A stretch of 64,000 bases of DNA from NCBI RefSeq assembly GCF_032444005.1, contig NC_091291.1, positions 22,692,001 through 22,756,000 on the forward strand. Direction: 5' to 3'. The translations under genes were made by a program, and so were the position numbers. The stretch comes from Ranitomeya imitator (taxonomy: Eukaryota). Below, piece after piece: positions 58,745-64,000 of the stretch. The notes below the pieces were generated by a model, which saw only the letters and a list, made by a program, of their open reading frames with translations, had not been told where the DNA came from and did not search any database. How positions within the stretch are numbered: position 1 is the stretch's first letter; each line of letters starts with the position of its first letter.

Positions 58745-61700
58745 GGATTGGATACAGCAGCTCAGCCGACAGTATCACGCATGAGGAGCTTAGATACACC
58801 GAGCGAGCAAACTGCATCTGACATGATAGCTTTATATACAGTACATTGAGCTGCAGTCAGTATCACAAAGGATAGGATTAGATACACAGCTCAGAGAGTA
58901 CCACACATGATAGGATGAGATACAGCACATCATACAGTATCACACATAACAGGATTAGATACACGGCTCAGCAGACGGTATCACACAGGAGAGGATTAGG
59001 TACACGGCTCAGCAGTTAGTATCACACAGGGATAGGATTAGATACACAGCTCAGCAGCCAGTATCACACAGGAGAGGATTAGATACACAGCTCAGCAGAC
59101 AGTATCACACAGGAGAGGATTAGATACACGGCTCAACAGACAGTATCACACAGGAGAGGATTGGATACACAGCTCAGCAGTCAGTATCACACAGGAGAGG
59201 ATTAGATACACAGCTCAGCAGTCAGTATCACACAGGATAGGACTAGGTACATAGCTCAGCAGTCAGTATCACACAGGAGAGGATTAGATACACGGCTCAG
59301 CAGACAGTATCACACAGGAGAGGATTAGATACACGGCTCAACAGACAGTATCACACAGGAGAGGATTAGATACACGGCTCAGCAGTCAGTATCACACAGG
59401 AGAGGATTAGATACACAGCTCAGCAGTCAGTATCACACAGGATAGGACTAGGTACATAGCTCAGCAGTCAGTATCACACAGGAGAGGATTAGATACACGG
59501 CTCAGCAGTCAGTATCACACAGCAGAGGATTAGATACACGGCTCAGCAGACAGTATCACACAGGACAGGATTAGATACACAGCTCAGTAGTCAGTATCAC
59601 ACAGGAGAGGATTAGATACACGGCTCAGCAGTCAGTATCACACAGGAGAGGATTAGATACACAGCTCAGCAGACAGTATCACACAGGAGAGGATTAGATA
59701 CACGGCTCAGCAGTCAGTATCACACAGGATATGATTAGATACACGGCTCAGCAGTCAGTATCACACAGGAGAGGATTAGATACACGGCTCAGCAGTCAGT
59801 ATCACACAGGAGAGGATTGGATACACAGCTCAGCAGTCAGTATCACACAGGAGAGGATTAGATACACAGCTCAGCAGTCAGTATCACACAGGATAGGACT
59901 AGGTACATAGCTCAGCAGTCAGTATCACACAGGAGAGGATTAGATACACGGCTCAGCAGACAGTATCACACAGGAGAGGATTAGATACACGGCTCAACAG
60001 ACAGTATCACACAGGAGAGGATTAGATACACGGCTCAGCAGTCAGTATCACACAGGAGAGGATTGGATACACAGCTCAGCAGTCAGTATCACACAGGAGA
60101 GGATTAGATACACAGCTCAGCAGTCAGTATCACACAGGATAGGACTAGGTACATAGCTCAGCAGTCAGTATCACACAGGAGAGGATTAGATACACGGCTC
60201 AGCAGTCAGTATCACACAGCAGAGGATTAGATACACGGCTCAGCAGACAGTATCACACAGGACAGGATTAGATACACAGCTCAGTAGTCAGTATCACACA
60301 GGAGAGGATTAGATACACGGCTCAGCAGTCAGTATCACACAGGAGAGGATTAGATACACAGCTCAGCAGACAGTATCACACAGGAGAGGATTAGATACAC
60401 GGCTCAGCAGTCAGTATCACACAGGATATGATTAGATACACGGCTCAGCAGTCAGTATCACACAGGAGAGGATTAGATACACAGCTCAGCAGTCAGTATC
60501 ACACAGGATAGGATTAGATACACAGCTCAGCAGTCAGTATCACACAGGAGAGGATTAGATACACGGCTCAGCAGACAGTATCACACAGGAGAGGATTAGA
60601 TACACTGCTCAGCAGACAGTATCACGCAGGATAGGATTAGATACATGGCTCAGCAGACAGTATCACGCAGAATGGGATGAGATACACGACTCAGCAGTCA
60701 GTATCACAGGAGATGGGATTAGATACACGGCTCAGCAGTCAGTATCACACAGGAGAGGATTAGATACACTGCTCAGCAGACAGTATCACACAGGAGAGGA
60801 TTAGATACACAGCTCAGCAGTCAGTATCACAGGAGATGGGATTAGATACACGGCTCAGCAGTCAGTATCACACAGGATAGGATTAGATACACAGCTCAGC
60901 AGTCAGTATCACAGGAGATGGGATTAGATACACGGCTCAGCAGACAGTATCACACAGGAGAGGATTAGATACACGGCTCAGCAGTCAGTATCACACAGGA
61001 TAGGATTAGATACACAGCTCAGCAGTCAGTATCACAGGAGATGGGATTAGATACACGGCTCAGCAGACAGTATCACACAGGAGAGGATTAGATACACGGC
61101 TCAGCAGTCAGTATCACTCAGGATAGGATTAGATACACGGCTCAGCAGTCAGTATCACACAGGATAGGATTAGATACACAGCTCAGCAGACAGTATCACA
61201 CAGGAGAGGATTAGATACACAGCTCAGCAGTCAGTATCATACTGGAGAGGATTAGATACACAGCTGAGCAGACAGTATCACACAGGATAGGATTAGATAC
61301 ACGGCTCAGCAGTCAGTATCACACAGGATATGATTAGATACACGGCTCAGCAGTCAGTATCACACAGGAGAGGATTAGATACACAGCTCAGCAGTCAGTA
61401 TCACACAGGATAGGATTAGATACACAGCTCAGCAGTCAGTATCACACAGGAGAGGATTAGATACACGGCTCAGCAGACAGTATCACACAGGAGAGGATTA
61501 GATACACTGCTCAGCAGACAGTATCACGCAGGATAGGATTAGATACATGGCTCAGCAGACAGTATCACGCAGGATGGGATGAGATACACGACTCAGCAGT
61601 CAGTATCACAGGAGATGGGATTAGATACACGGCTCAGCAGTCAGTATCACACAGGAGAGGATTAGATACACAGCTCAGCAGTCAGTATCACACAGGAGAG

Positions 61701-63060
61701 GATTAGATACACTGCTCAGCAGACAGTATCACACAGGAGAGGATTAGATACACAGCTCAGCAGTCAGTATCACAGGAGATGGGATTAGATACACGGCTCA
61801 GCAGTCAGTATCACACAGGATAGGATTAGATACACAGCTCAGCAGTCAGTATCACAGGAGATGGGATTAGATACACGGCTCAGCAGACAGTATCACACAG
61901 GAGAGGATTAGATACACGGCTCAGCAGTCAGTATCACACAGGATAGGATTAGATACACAGCTCAGCAGTCAGTATCACAGGAGATGGGATTAGATACACG
62001 GCTCAGCAGACAGTATCACACAGGAGAGGATTAGATACACGGCTCAGCAGTCAGTATCACTCAGGATAGGATTAGATACACGGCTCAGCAGTCAGTATCA
62101 CACAGGATAGGATTAGATACACAGCTCAGCAGACAGTATCACACAGGAGAGGATTAGATACACAGCTCAGCAGTCAGTATCATACTGGAGAGGATTAGAT
62201 ACACAGCTGAGCAGACAGTATCACACAGGATAGGATTAGATACACGGCTCAGCAGACAGTATCACACAGGATAGGATTAGATACACGGCTCAGCAGTCAG
62301 TATCACACAGGATAGGATTAGATACACGGCTTAGCAGACAGTATTACACAGGAGAGGATTAGATACACAGCTCAGCAGACAGTATCACACAGGAGAGGAT
62401 TAGATACACGGCTAAGCAGTATCACACAAGATAGGATTAGATACACGGCTCAGCAGACAGTATCACACAGGATAGGATTAGATACACAGCTTAGCAGACA
62501 GTATCACACAGGAGAGGATTAGATACACAGCTTAGCAGACAGTATCACACAGGAGAGGATTAGATACACGGCTAAGCAGACAGTATCACACAAGATAGGA
62601 TTAGATACACAGCTCAGCAGTCAGTATCACACAGGATAGGATTAGATACACGGCTTAGCAGACAGTATTACACAGGAGAGGATTAGATACACGGCTAAGC
62701 AGTATCACACAAGATAGGATTAGATACACAGCTCAGCAGTCAGTATCACACAGGATAGGATTAGATACACGGCTCAGCAGTCAGTATCACACAGGAGAGG
62801 ATTAGATACACGGCTCAGCAGACAGTATCACACAGGAGAGGATTAGATACACGGCTCAGCAGACAGTATCACACAGGAGAGGATTAGATACACGGCTCAG
62901 CAGTCAGTATCACACAGGAGAGGATTAGATACACGGCTCAGCAGACAGTATCACACAGGAGAAGATTAGATACACAGCTCAGCAGACAGTATCACACAGG
63001 AGAAGATTAGATACACCAGCTCAGTAGGAAGTTTCACAAGTGATGGTCTTAGATACACCA
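58745..63060. repeat. 41-bp satellite cagtatcacacaggagaggattagatacacagctcagcagt, about 105 copies
   Basis: Direct periodicity with block duplications up to about 0.9 kb. Confidence 0.98.
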
Positions 63061-63134
63061 GTTAGGTGGTACCCTGTCCCCAGATAACATTCTTGTTGAC
63101 AGTTTTATGTTCTTTGCTCTTTCGCAGCCCTTCG

Positions 63135-63300
63135 ATGTCCTATGGGCTGAGACTGTCAGTCGGTGTGATACTGACGGTCAGCAATGTCTTCCTCCTCATC
63201 GCCATATCCACAAATCGTTGGGCCGACACTGCAGATGAGGTATATGCCGGCATCTGGAAACGGTGCAACCGAGAATTCTGCCAATCCCACGTGGAAATTA
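63135..63300 (+). CDS. PMP22/claudin-domain paralog C, first coding exon (MSYGLRLSVG...STNRW...YAGIWKRCNREFC...); rest outside the window
   Basis: Acceptor tttcgcag at 63127, ATG at 63135, 166 nt (same length and phase as the NKG7-like exon), donor A|gtaagt; W-GIW-C-C motif. Confidence 0.82.
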
Positions 63301-63956
63301 GTAAGTCATCATCAGGAGCGACTGTAAATCTGAGCCACATGTAGTTTCGCCGTTGTCCAGCTCCAGCAGGGGCTGTCACCTCGTAAGTCATCATCAGGAG
63401 CGGCTGTAAATCTGAGCCACATGTAGTTTCGCCGTTGTCCTGCTCCAGCAGGGGTTGTCACCTCGTAAGTCATCATCAGGAGCGGCTATAAATCTGAGCC
63501 ACCAGCAGTTTCGCTGTTGTCCTGCTCCAGCAGGGGCTGTCACCGCGTAAGTCATCATCAGGAGCGGCTATAAATCTGAGCCACCAGCAGTTTCGCTGTT
63601 GTCTTGCTCCAGCAGGGGTTATCACCTAGTAAGTCATCATCAGGAGCGGCTATAAATCTAAGCCACAAGCAGTTTTGCTGTTGTCCTGCTCCAGCAGGGG
63701 ATGTCACCTCGTAAGTCATCATCAGGAGCGGCTATAAATCTGAGCCACAAGCAGTTTCGCTGTTGTCCTGCTCCAGCAGGGGCTGTCACCTAGTAAGTCA
63801 TCATCAGGAGCGGCTATAAATCTGAGCCACAAGCAGTTTCGCTGTTGTCCTGCTCCAGCAGGGGCTGTCACCTAGTAAGTCATCATCAGGAGCGGCTGTA
63901 AATCTGAGCCACATGTAGTTTCGCCGTTGTCCTGCTCCAGCAGGGGTTGTCACCTT
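63301..63956 (+). repeat. Eight 82-bp tandem units starting at the paralog C donor site
   Basis: Units begin at 63301, 63383, 63465, 63547, 63629, 63711, 63793 and 63875, each with GTAAGT. Confidence 0.96.
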
Positions 63957-64000
63957 TGTCGCCTACGTTCCGCAGTGATCGGCCAGGTTCACGTATTGGC

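Overview
Vertebrate genomic DNA, most likely a frog (inferred from TTAA-flanked T2/Kolobok-type MITEs, a V-SINE-like SINE, Tc1 and Penelope relics). It is not prokaryotic and has no CRISPR array, rRNA or tRNA. About half of the 64 kb is tandem repeat (about 17 arrays, unit lengths about 21-90 bp), which explains all the very long ORFs in the track. Genes rebuilt by hand from GT-AG junctions: (1) ETFB on the minus strand, coding exons 1-5 (19913 to 159), last exon outside the window; (2) an unrecognised two-exon, 206-aa Pro/Ser/Thr-rich ORF on the minus strand (29468 to 28667) with matching splice phase, an in-frame 24-nt duplication and AATAAA, only partly caught by the ORF track; (3) an NKG7-like PMP22/claudin-family gene on the minus strand (4 exons, 166 aa, ending GYESV); (4) a divergent claudin-domain paralog on the plus strand (4 exons, 201 aa, PPxY tail); (5) the first coding exon of a third claudin-domain paralog at the right edge. 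This resembles the human ETFB-CLDND2-NKG7-LIM2 block as recalled, but with mixed orientations. Mobile elements include a Helitron-like element holding a graded minisatellite, a decayed Penelope-like element with pseudo-LTRs, a hammerhead-like remnant and a nested solo LTR with a perfect 5-bp TSD, Tc1 relics, SINEs and small palindromic MITEs with CTCF-like motifs. Four N-runs with low-complexity flanks limit what can be read.
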